DNA of 64,000 nt from Pocillopora damicornis (Eukaryota): positions 1 to 64,000 of the forward strand of contig NW_020843620.1 of assembly GCF_003704095.1 (NCBI RefSeq). Reading direction: 5' to 3'. A program made the position numbers and the translations under genes. The notes under the pieces were generated by a model that was given only the letters and a program-made list of their open reading frames with translations, had not been told where the DNA came from and did not search any database. Below, in pieces: positions 1 through 11,312 of the stretch. How positions within the stretch are numbered: the first letter of the stretch is position 1; each line of letters starts with the position of its first letter.

Positions 1-943
1 TTAGGTCAGAGTTTGAAAGTGAAATATTTTATAGCTTTTGAACAAAACGTTGAAAGAAGTCGCAAGCTCTTTCCGTTTCTTTCTTGTTGTTTCTTTGGAA
101 GGGTTATAATACCACCCCAGTCATAAGATGATATGCTTGCGTGCTACTAGGAAACTTGGATAGAAATCAAGGAAACCTGACCAGAAAATATTTTGAGAGC
201 AAATCTTCATCCAAGAAAGGGATCAATTTCTATAGAAGAGCAAACGTCTGAATGTCTTGCGTTTATGTGACGCTCTTACGAGATTCACTTTGCTTTAATT
301 GTTGCTTACTAGACTTTACGACCAGAAAACTGCGTGGCGATGAATTAAATTTTTTTGGGAAATGAATACATATATAGCATTGCAAAAACTACTTTAAGCA
401 TAGTTTTCATTTTCCAGGCATAATTATTATTTGGTTCAAAATTTGGGAATCGAACCATCGTTAACTCTAAAGCTAAAATTGTTGCTTGAAAAGTGATATG
501 TCCGTTTCTTTCCAAATCGAGTATTACTAAGATTATTTAATTGTCGTGTTAATATTTCAAGCGTCGAATAGTGTACTCCAATTGGACCGGAAATAAAAAA
601 CTCACGGTTTAACTGGACAGGAAGTTTGCATCGACAGAAGCCATGGATTAAAAAAAAATTCAGAAGTTAGATTCCTCATGGAAACTTTTATTTTTTTCCA
701 CACACATGACCAAAACGAAAAACATCTCTCTCCAATTAAGGGTTAATGCTGTAGTTTCCTTCGTTTGTCATTCGCGTTATTCACCTTTCCTATCGCTTAT
801 CCTTTTCACATTACCCTACTTCGAACTCTTTTCCTTTCAGCAAAGTCTACTGAGTGTTATCAATACAACTATGGTTATAACACGATAACATACTTTTACA
901 CTTTGCTTCTTGTATACATTATGTACCTTTTTCTCTCTTCATA

Positions 944-1129
944 GCTTAAAGGGAAGAAGACAGCAAGTTTGCCTAAAATGTCAGGAAAGAAGTTGATAAC
1001 CCAAACAGAGATGACTTGTCCGAGAGACATCGTTAAAGAAGGCGAGTGTGGAAGAGACCCGATGAAAGATGTTGAGTCTGGCCTCAGCAGTTTACATCTC
1101 AGCCCAGGATGTGAACAGTTTTCTCCTTG
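944..1129 (+). CDS. Possible terminal coding exon of a gene that begins upstream of the window (product unknown)
   Basis: Pyrimidine-rich acceptor ttttctctcttcatag ends at 943, followed by an open frame LKGKKTASLPKMSGKK...CEQFSP* and an AT-rich UTR-like stretch with AATAAA near 1946. No recognisable homology. Confidence 0.25.
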
Positions 1130-2371
1130 AATTATGGATGAATCGCCTGGTGATTCACGCATCTAAAAGTGCTCATTGACAATTTTTTGTGCGAGGTTGT
1201 GTAGGGAAAAACCGATCATCAGTGAGCAAAGCAGTTGTGATGTAGTGAAAACTTGCATATTACTCTTTTTTTTTTTTAGATTAGTGAGTCGGTTATTTTG
1301 TTTTTATGGCTGATTTCTTTGTAAAGCAGAAAGCATACCGCAGAGGATTGCTAAAACTGTATGAATGATTCTAATTTTGAAAATTCATGCACTAACTCAC
1401 AAGTTGATCGTTTTTGAAAGTTATTAGAATTTTAAAGCAAAACAAACTAATAACTGAGACCGGCAGACGCCAAGGTCACTTTTCGACACTTTAGTGCCCT
1501 GGGGCTTTATTGTTGTATTCTGTTTTTTTCGGTTTTTTTTTTTCCTTTTTTGTGCCGATCAGATTTCAAGAGAAAGAAGAAATATTTCCTGCGCAAAATA
1601 TCTCTGTTGTTTGTGGATGGCAACTCAGCCAGTAATGTTATGAACTGCGCTTGCGACATTAATCTGCGCGGTAAAAAAACTCGGCACCTAATTGTAACTC
1701 GAACATTTTTATTAAATCTTTTTTGGCGACCAAAGCAAAGATTTGCATTAAGCAGGCTGTATAGAGAAATACGGTACGATCAATAGACCAATAATGGCAC
1801 ACGTACTGACTAAGAGATATAATAATGTGTAGTTATTTCTTGCTGTGAGACGTAGTTTTAACTTTCAAGTCCGTTTTAAAACATGCAAGATTTTCAGGAT
1901 TTTTCTCCTGTAATTTTGTTTATTATGATATTTAACAAGTTATTTAATAAATTAATTCTTGGTGTGGAAGCTGTTCTTAAATATTTTCTGGATCGAAAGA
2001 GCCGTTCTCTCAGAATAGAAACATTGGGCCCGGAATAAGAAAATTAACTTTTTGCACTGGTTTTGCCGTATTCCGAGTGAAACTAGAGAAATGGCAGTAG
2101 AGCAAGACTGTGACGATTATGAATTCCCAGTCTTCATTGAAGGATAGAGCGCCAAACACTGACGACTGGGTATCTCGGGGGGAGGGGGAGGGGGTTTATT
2201 ACGTTTTCTTTGTCGGGAGTCAAATTTAAGCGGGTGTCACTTTTCTAGTCTAACTCTTCTTTTCAGTGTAAAACTGATCTTTTTGTAGAAGGATTATTAA
2301 TTAAAAAGTACACGGGTGCGTGAATTGGAGTAAGGTTTATGAAGAGTTCAATCAGGTCGGAAAGTGACATT

Positions 2372-2823
2372 TAATATGAGGCCATCAATTCGAAGCTTCA
2401 ACATCCCTCGAGGCCAGCTCTCAGATATTTGACTGTCGTCCGTGCCCCGGGGGTTGGGAATTTGAACCTCGTCTCAATGGGGTAGGAAAGCTGAACCAGG
2501 AGAATACACAATGAGTTTAAGGTAGAGTCCGATTCGTGAGCAAATGGCTTAGAATACAATTTTCACATTAAAAAATGATACGTACCAGCGAAAAACCAAA
2601 CAGCGGCACCAAAAAACTATTATGTGATTTACTAAATTCTACAACATTCGTTGATCACAAAAAGAATCGTTCAATAAAGACTTGTATACTTGTGGGGTGT
2701 TTGAACACAAATTTTTCCCGGGGGTCGGGGGCGGGAATTTGAACGAACTGATCTTCAAAATTTTAAATGCCCGCGGGGAGTTGCCGAAGGGGATGTTGAA
2801 GTTTCGAATTGATCGACCTATTA
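2372..2823. mobile_element. MITE-like non-autonomous DNA element
   Basis: 24-bp inverted repeats with one mismatch: atcaattcgaagcttcaacatccc (2384-2407) and gggatgttgaagtttcgaattgat (2790-2813). Non-coding interior. Confidence 0.7.
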
Positions 2824-5743
2824 CTGGTTAAGCGCGCACTCTGTCGTTAATAAAGAAATGATTCAAATGAAACAGAACAGTGATTCTTTCCTTATACTTT
2901 AAATCTGAAAAAAAAACATTCCCTGCACTGTTTAACGTGATTGTTACTAAGAACTATTCACTCTGCGCGCGTTATTCGAATATGTTGTCAGAATCTTAAG
3001 AGACTTTTCACTTCACTTACATAACAGCACTGCGTGTTAGTTTTAGAAAATCCTTTCTAACGTATTTTAGTGACATCATTTGACGTCAACACGGCGTGTT
3101 TGCGGAGGAACTATGTATGTTTGAACAAGCTATTTTAACGCTTTTTGCGTGGTTTGAGTACCCGTGACGAATAAATATGACATAAGCTTCGTGAGAAAAA
3201 AAAGAAAAAGTTTTTAAATTCGACGTAGACTAGTGACCTTTTCTTAACCAACATGCACTATCAAATAATTTCTCGGTAGCTGAATCTTGAGAGCTACAAA
3301 TTAGTTCTTCAGCGTTTTAAGTGTTTTAACAATAAACTTAGGATATCACCGGGGCAACAAAGGTCTTATGAAAACCTTTGGGTGTTTATGAATATATCAT
3401 GTTCGTCATTTGCCAGTGTGTAGTGAACTCAAAATTGTTAGTTATTCAAATCAGGTTTCTAGCATGTTTTGTAGAAAAGTCCTCTAGTGTTGGAAAACCA
3501 CGAACTCTTCAACAAGAAATATCACATGGGAATTTTACATTCGAAGTATGATTTAGCCGAGTATTGCGACTGCAGTGACAAGAATATTGGATGTGTTTTC
3601 TCGAAATACTTTTGCTCCGGCGAATGTTACTGAGAGGTAAGTCCATATTGTAAATCGTTCAAACGCTCCTCTCGACAAGTTTCGAAAGAAGTTGATTTCC
3701 GCTTCTTCATTTTTTATCGTGCTCATGTCCTGACCTTCAAACCCAAGTATATTGATGTTATTGCGTGTCAGCAGTCAATGGCGCTTTGAGGTTTTTTAGG
3801 CGCACGTGTAAATATTAGTAAATTAAAGGCTAATGTTTTGTGGCCTTTCATTTGTTTTTTAATAACTAGAGATTAACGCAAGTCGACTTAATGATAAAGT
3901 TTAGTTTAAAATGAAAGTTGTTCTATTAATCGGGCCTTTTTTGTATTTTTTAAATTGTTTTTTCCCACGCTTGCAATATTTGCGTTAGCGTGACCGTGCT
4001 TAAATTGGTGCAAAATTGACGCAAGGAAATCTGTTAGATTTTATGCTAGGAGTAAAAAGTTTAATGTGATAGATTTGTGGCATAAAAGGTTCGGCAAGTT
4101 GGTTGCAATCATCTTCTCAGGGTCGTCTACAGTAAATATCAGAGCGCTCAAGTCTCAAGCATTGAGCATGAAACACTTAAAAGAATTTTGAAATCTTACG
4201 TTCTCACGCTAAAACTATTATTTCTCACATATCTAAGCTTTCTAATCTATATTTAAATTTTTACTTTGCCATAACAAATTGCTGCTTTACGTAAGTACCC
4301 ATAAAATCAATTCTTGCTCAGAATAAAGGAATGCACGTCTTTACCACTTCAATTACCTATAATTTTGCGGGGAACCATGCTACCTCCCCACTACCATCCA
4401 GGGAGGTGATGCCTACGGTGTCATGATTTAAGGCTATGCGGTCAGCAAATCCACCGGTGAGCTCTGACAATTGGGCATGTTGAACTTAATTTTCCGCGAG
4501 TTTGAAATTATTCAGAGTTACAAGTTTGCATGCGAACCGGCAGGTAATGGTCGGTTTCAAGTCTGGAAAGTGTCAGAGGTAAAGGCGGATTTTAAATTCA
4601 TTTATTATAAAAAAAAGTCCAAAACTGCATTTTATAAAATTCTGTCACCATAACTTTGTTGCAGTTATATGTGAAGTGGGGTGGGGGGAGAGGGGAGGGG
4701 GGAGGGAGAGAAAGGCATTTCTTCTTACAGAACAGAGAAACCATGCCTCTAAGCGAAGCCTCAGGAACTGTGTTCCTGCTAAGACTGGTGGACTGTTGCC
4801 AAAAACTTCTAAAGAAACTGCAGCAAAAAGCACCGGATTGACTTGACTAATCAACACAGATAATTTGAAGCAATAAAAGTCCTGTAAAAAATTTGTTGAC
4901 CTGAGATTCTACACTTTGAAAAGATCTGTACTCACTTGTAATCTCTTGTATTATGGTTATACTTTCTCGACCTAGTTTGGCCCCGCAAACGAAAAATCAA
5001 TTGCGCGTCAGTCAAAACTTACCTCACCATTTCTGCGGAAGGTTAATCATGAGCACAGCTTGTGCGCTGTGGCTCATGACGAACAACACAAACATATGGC
5101 TGGCGAAATCTGCTTCCATTGTTTCAAGCGGCATTTATAGGGAACCCATCTCAAATGAAAAGGTACTCATGCATCTCGGCCGAGGAAGGCCTGGGCATAA
5201 GATTAATTCATGGTAGGAAATACCTATTGGTCAAATAAATTAGTTTTAATTTTTACAGTTGAGAGGGAAATGGCAATTTGAGGAAAATCTCTCTTTTCTA
5301 TAAACAACAGTGAATGAAATAAAATAGAAAAGTACATTTTGCAAGCCTGACAAGCCTCCTTTGTTTCGCATATAAATCAAAGCTGGTAAAATTTTCGGAC
5401 TGTATGTAACATATTTTCAACGGTATTTGACCACTCGTATTTTTTAAAGAGATTAACTTTAAAAATTTATGTATTGAAAATAGTTTGGACGTCCTGGAAT
5501 ATTTTAGGAAAGAATTGGTGTAAAAAAAAAAATTATAGTGAAAAAACAAAAAAAAAAAAAGAAAAATGCAAAAAATCGGCTCTCTACACACAGTAATTAT
5601 TCTTTGCGTCACACGCGCGCGCGATTTAATTATTGCGTATCAGAGACGTAACAATGAAAAAGAACACATCAACTCGTTTCTCTGTTCAAGAAAGACGTAC
5701 TTTTTCTTAAAGCAAGAAATTTCGATAGATTTACCTCTCTGAA

Positions 5744-7315
5744 ATGGGTAACTGTCAATCTCGCATTTGTAGTTACAGCGAGTCAATTAGTGAGACTTCC
5801 GTCAAGAACTGTGCCTCAAAAAGAGGCCGAAAGTCAGACAAATACCTGCGCAGCCCATCTGAGTCCGTGAAAAGCACGAATTCAGAAAGCGGCTCCCAAA
5901 GTTCAAGTTCCTGTCCACGTTCACTATTGACGCCTTTGGAGCGCTTGCAAAGAGCGAGACGCACCTGTAGTGATTTAAAGAGTCGATTGGAAGAGGCCTT
6001 GGCGAAATCAGAGAGAGTGGGACATACCGTGACTTCAGGGTCTGGAGAGGAATTATTCCTAAGCGCCTCAAAATGCGACAGCAAGAATAAATACCGCGAG
6101 GATGTGGAAGATAACAACAGTGCAAGCTCTGGCAGCGTTTCATCATTCCTGGCGCGGCTTCGAGGGTCGTTGGAGGACCTACGTCGGAATCCAGTCTGTG
6201 GTTCTTCAGATGAGGAGTTCGACAGCGCCTTAGAGAAACTTACTGATTACTTACCCGACTGGCTTATTAGTGATCTAGCCTCATTTTCGCCTAGAATACT
6301 CAGTCCTGGAGAGGTACCTGACTCACTTGACCCGCAAATCCCGTCCCTGTTGGCAGAGGGAAGCATTGGTCACAACATTCCATCTCACTCGTCCTCAATC
6401 AGCCATCTTTTGTGTGGTCCTCCTTCGACTGGTACAGACGCGAATCGAGCCACTAGCATCAGCGATAAGTCCCATTCTCTCACTCTGAGCCATCTTTACC
6501 ATCCACCAACTCCAGTGCACCATAGAGCACCCGTTCGGCGTCATTCGGTAGAAGATTCAGTTGCTTGCAGTGGGATTGACGAGAACGATAATGTGGGTGA
6601 TTCAGCCGAGAGAAAACTCTCGTCTATGTGCACGGTTGCTCAGAGACTCCAAGGCTACTCAAGAAGAAATGCCCTTCGAAATGCTATCAGATCACTCGAG
6701 CACCTGTCGAGAAGCATTGACCGAATAACTTGTCAGTCTCCAAGCGCCTTGCCTCCTTCTGAAAGACCCACGGGTGATTCCGCACAATTGTCCACTTCCA
6801 GCAACTCCAGTATCGTTGAGTCAACCAGTCTCAGAAACAGTCCCCCACAGAGATGGCTGAGCGCCTTGAGAAGGAGCCGCCGTACCTCTGCAAGGGTTTC
6901 ACCTTCTCCCTGCGACTCTGGTCCGGTAGAGTCAACCAATCCAGGCAAAAATACCCCACGAAGATGGCTGAGCGCCTTGAGAAGGAGCCCGCGTTCCTCT
7001 AGGAGAATTTCGCCTTCACCCGGAAAGGTGCAAAAAGTTGAGGTTCAATCTTACGATGAAGACAATGCCAAGATGTTTTGTAAACCGCAGCCATCGCTCG
7101 CTGTTGACCCCATCATAGCGGAGACTTCCGGTATTGAGCGCTGCCCCTGCGAACAAGCGTCATCAAAGTTGACGTCGGCTTCACCATCACCAGCTTCCAC
7201 CATCACTATCACCAGTACTTCTTCATTTGAATTTGAAGAGGTAATCGACCTAAGCTCTCCTGCGTTGGATACGACCACCAACGCACGTCCTGCCGCGGAT
7301 AGCGGCGGGACGTGA
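5744..7315 (+). CDS. Intronless 523-aa Ser/Arg/Pro-rich, probably disordered protein with N-terminal MGNCQS (N-myristoylation/palmitoylation-type) motif; orphan
   Basis: 1572-bp uninterrupted ORF, visibly more GC-rich than its flanks. Starts MGxxxS, has a short coiled-coil-like stretch (LERLQRARRTCSDLKSRLEEAL) and an in-frame 37-aa internal duplication. AATAAA at about 7458 and 7569. No family recognised. Confidence 0.6.
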   Translation: MGNCQSRICSYSESISETSVKNCASKRGRKSDKYLRSPSESVKSTNSESGSQSSSSCPRSLLTPLERLQRARRTCSDLKSRLEEALAKSERVGHTVTSGSGEELFLSASKCDSKNKYREDVEDNNSASSGSVSSFLARLRGSLEDLRRNPVCGSSDEEFDSALEKLTDYLPDWLISDLASFSPRILSPGEVPDSLDPQIPSLLAEGSIGHNIPSHSSSISHLLCGPPSTGTDANRATSISDKSHSLTLSHLYHPPTPVHHRAPVRRHSVEDSVACSGIDENDNVGDSAERKLSSMCTVAQRLQGYSRRNALRNAIRSLEHLSRSIDRITCQSPSALPPSERPTGDSAQLSTSSNSSIVESTSLRNSPPQRWLSALRRSRRTSARVSPSPCDSGPVESTNPGKNTPRRWLSALRRSPRSSRRISPSPGKVQKVEVQSYDEDNAKMFCKPQPSLAVDPIIAETSGIERCPCEQASSKLTSASPSPASTITITSTSSFEFEEVIDLSSPALDTTTNARPAADSGGT

Positions 7316-10300
7316 GAGCTACCCCCCTTCTAAGTACTTGGCCTCTGGCGTCCGCGGGAGCATCGAACCGGTTGTATTAGAGGTAGGATCCTTATGGAAA
7401 ACATGAGGGGTGGTATGGTCGGAACGGGGGTAAACAGGTGTGACAGGGAAAGTAAGTAATAAATTCACTGCGCTCTTCTTTTCCCTCAGGTTTTAAAGGT
7501 GAGCCATGAATTTAAAGCCAAGTTTGATTAAGGTTGGGGTTCCCCTCCTACGCGGGGGTAGTTCATGCAATAAAGGATAAAGGAGTGCCTTTTGAGCCAA
7601 AATAGGTTATTTTAAGCCTGGTGGAGCGTTCCCATGATCCCATGTAAGATTTTCTTGCTTTGCCCCTACCTACCCATCCCTCCTCATGTAGTTGGGTAAT
7701 CAGCAACAGAAAAATGACACTCATGGCGTTTTGTAAAGCCCCCTGGGAAGATTTGTCATGGTAAATATTTAAGAGTTTTTCTACCTAGAATGCAATCAAA
7801 AGAGACCGTTATCTCTCTTGAAACTCATCAACCCGATGAATGATGGTTGGAATTAGGATTTTTATTTAAATTCCTCCTAACCGCGAGAGATTAAAATTCC
7901 GATGCCATCTCCTGGAGGCGGAGTCCCCCAATGTATACTCGTGTTCTATTGAAGAATGCTCTAAATCCTCTTAAAGGATTTAAATCGAACACGATGCTGT
8001 GATATTTTACACTATAACACGGATTGAAGGCTAAAAATACAGAAAATACACCAACGCTCACGCAACACTTCCGATTCTATCCTTGCGAAGGCATAGGTCA
8101 TATGTCATTTTCGAATGTCGCAATGTTGATAATTCAGTGTCTGAAAAACTAGGTATTTCCTTGCTCAGTTGTTTTTCAATGGTTTGCGTGACCGCCAGGA
8201 ACGTGAGTGGAGCAGTGGGGTACTTTTACGTCCACGGGCTCTGCATGCAGTTTGAAAGGGTTTTCCTTCAAGTCGCGCAAAAATCTTCGCCTATGTGTAA
8301 ATGACGTCTTCCTCGAGCCGCTGTGCGCAAAGTGAGATAGTAGTTCCGTTTAAGTTGGTGGTAGTTCCATCATGGGCTCCCGGTTCCCGTTTAAATCACT
8401 CTTATAAAAGAGGATTGGAGGGAAGGCTTTTCTAACGTTCAAAGGAATCTCTTTAGAAAAGGGAAAATTGTTTTTCGCAAGTGCTGATTGCTTTGTGCTT
8501 TCCGGATCAATTTGGTCTGGGGTTCGACTCATCCTGCGCTCGTGGCATGACTGAAAAAACATCGCTCCTTAACTGAAGTTTATATTTAACTGTTTAAGTA
8601 AAAACCATAAGATAGCTTGAAAGCTAGGGGATTAATTCATTTCTTTTTAATATAACGTTTCTTTTGTTCTGGCATCGAGTCAAATTGTGATCGCCAGTTT
8701 TTGTTTAGACGTCAGACAACCGCGGAAACCGAGCCCATGCGTTGAATTGAAAGAAATTGAAAAGATACGTTTCTTTGTGGGAAGGAAATTCATTTACAGA
8801 TCAGACAAATTGCACGTTCCCGGGGAGCGACGCTGTTATTTAGGAAAACCACAGAAAAACCTTGTTTAAACGATTAAAAACTCTAGATTGTTCGTTATGA
8901 CTTCAGGCTCGTCTAGCAAAACATTTCAAGAAAGTATGGGGTTAATTAAAATTGATAATTACACGATTAAAATTTACAAACCGTAATCACAGCTAAAATC
9001 AATTGTTCAATGTGGGTTAAAGTTATCCTTTTGTGTTTGCACCCCCTCTTCTCTCTCTAATGGTTTTCCGAAAAGGATTTGCGATGTGTAATTCAAGTAA
9101 GTGTAGGTATAATGCTTCCTTTTCAAGGTGTATATTTAAGTGCGTGGGGGCAGAGCGAAAGAAATAATTGAGGCGTGAATTTTTCTTTTTCCTTCAGTCA
9201 TCATAATTTCACAAAATCGTACTTCCTTAGCAGAAATTAAATGTTTCCCTGATTTGAAACAATCTTCGTCAAGAAAGGATACCATTAGTACAATAACTGA
9301 GCATAATAAAAAGCGTTGCTTCTTTCTTTTCGGTACTTAACCCAAACCACAGTGACATTGTCACTGAGACACTGTTCATTGCGAGACCTACCCCACCCCA
9401 CCCCCGCAATGATGTAAGATGGTCAGTCGAGCCCCTGGGTGGTGCCGGGAAGTGCAAACTTCAAGTAAATAGAGATTTCGATCATTATTGACTTAGGCTC
9501 GTTAAGAATTCCTCGTGTGAATTCAAATACAAATATCAGATAAACAAAACAAACTAATAACGGAAGTATGCTGAACGATATTTTATCTGAGCAATCGATT
9601 GAAAACAGTATGAGTTATCGGCCGAGAAATACCTGCCAAGGTCATGTCGTTCATAAGTGTTTCAGCTTCCGCTCGAGCTGTCTGATGATGGCAAATGTTA
9701 TACAAACCGGTACTGTATTCCGTAATAACTAAATGAGATTTGTTTGAGTTCGTTTGATGTGGTACAGCGATCTCATTTCAACTTTTTGTTTTTGGGCGGA
9801 ACGATCGCCCGCGATCAACAATCTTTCGCCATACATGGATTTGTCGAGATCAACAAGACTGTCAATGGTATTGAATATTCAAATAGTAAAATATTTGTTT
9901 TGCAGTCGTGGAGCGAAAATATGCGAGAATTTTTTTAGCCTTGAATTCTTCGGCTTATTGAGAAGGTTATGGTATCGATTTCACACGCACCGAAACTTGG
10001 CTGGAAATGAGTAGTTTTCTTTTCTGGAAGGTCCTCGAACGCATTCCTATAAAACTATGTAGACCTTGACCCAACATTCACTTTCATTTTAGTTCACTGA
10101 ACTGCTTACAGTTTTAATTAACATCGATTAGTAGTACTTACGTAAATCAAAAAACCCATTTAGCCTTTCGTCGATATTCGAAACATTTTTGTACCCTCTA
10201 TTAGGTTGTTTGCGAGTTTACAAAATTAAAAAAAACGTGAAATTAATTCGCTTCGCTAAAAACATTTCTACCTGTCTACAGTAGTATTTTTGTGAGCTCT

Positions 10301-10869
10301 GTCCTCTTGATTCGCAATTCATTAACTTTGGACATTTTGTCTGGAAAAACAATGCTGTGCACAACGCTTTCTTATTAGAAAGAATGAGGACAAAAAACTT
10401 AATTATGCAATTTAAAGCCTCTTCAGTGACCAGGCATTGTAAATATAAGCTAACTATCTAACCATCATGGAAATATTTTGCATAGAAACATGTACTCACG
10501 AATATTGTAGTGAATAATCATTTTGTATTTAGGATTTCCAGATTTTTGATGTCAGCTACATCACCGCGCAATGCTTCATTTTCAACAGTGTCTCAGAGCA
10601 TAAAATTGTTCCCACAAGCCTTCAATGAGATACCAAAGGCATTGTGATCTGTTCAGAAAGAGTGCACGAATGATTTTATACTTTCTTTTGCCAAGCTAGG
10701 GCTGTTTTTCTTTCGTTACAAGTCAAACATTTTTAATCTTGAAATTTCAACCGTTGATCTTGATTTCCGTGACTGACTATATGGGATAAAAGAAAGTGTT
10801 TGAGTTCGTTTTATTCGCAAAAACTGTTATGTTTATTTGAAAGGTTGTCCAGCGAACACTTCATCGTGT

Positions 10870-10930
10870 GTTTTGATTGGTTCTTCCGAACTCGTAATTA
10901 TCAGATCATTATACATGACGTCATCGCGCC
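10870..10930 (+). promoter_or_regulatory. Putative promoter of the RhoGEF gene (inverted CCAAT box and CRE)
   Basis: ATTGG at 10876-10880 and perfect CRE TGACGTCA at 10916-10923, in a CpG-rich segment about 400 bp upstream of the inferred ATG at 11313. Confidence 0.4.
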
Positions 10931-11312
10931 AGGTCCATCCCGTTTTGTTCAGAATTTGCATGTTGGAATCTTGTGACAAGTTGTGGTCGCATCTCGGTCA
11001 TTTTCACCGAGTAACTCAACACTTTTGTCTCGGAACGTGCAAGAGACACCCATACTTGCTTAAGAGTTCATTACTGAATCGATCCAAGCACGTGCAAGGG
11101 GTTCGAATTACCGTTTCTAATCTACGATGATCGAGGAGCCGTCATAGACACTGAGAGCGGTCGAAAGGATTTGTTGTTTTGAGGGGGAAAAATAAGTTCC
11201 TGTGGAGTTTTTATGCCGACGTTATTCCTTCCTGAAGACAGTCCGGCTTAATTTACTATTGCCGCCTAAGGAATGAGAGCGGATGTAGCGTTTGGGCTTA
11301 CTTCTTGACGAT

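Noticed and set aside
3631-3633. Selenocysteine UGA in the small ORF
   Set aside because: No SECIS-like structure was found downstream. The 5047-5079 hairpin pairs AUGA by Watson-Crick rather than forming a GA quartet, and lies beyond the AATAAA.
7313-7385. Stop-codon readthrough of the orphan ORF stimulated by a downstream stem
   Set aside because: An in-frame TAA follows five codons later, and the context is not UGA-CUAG.
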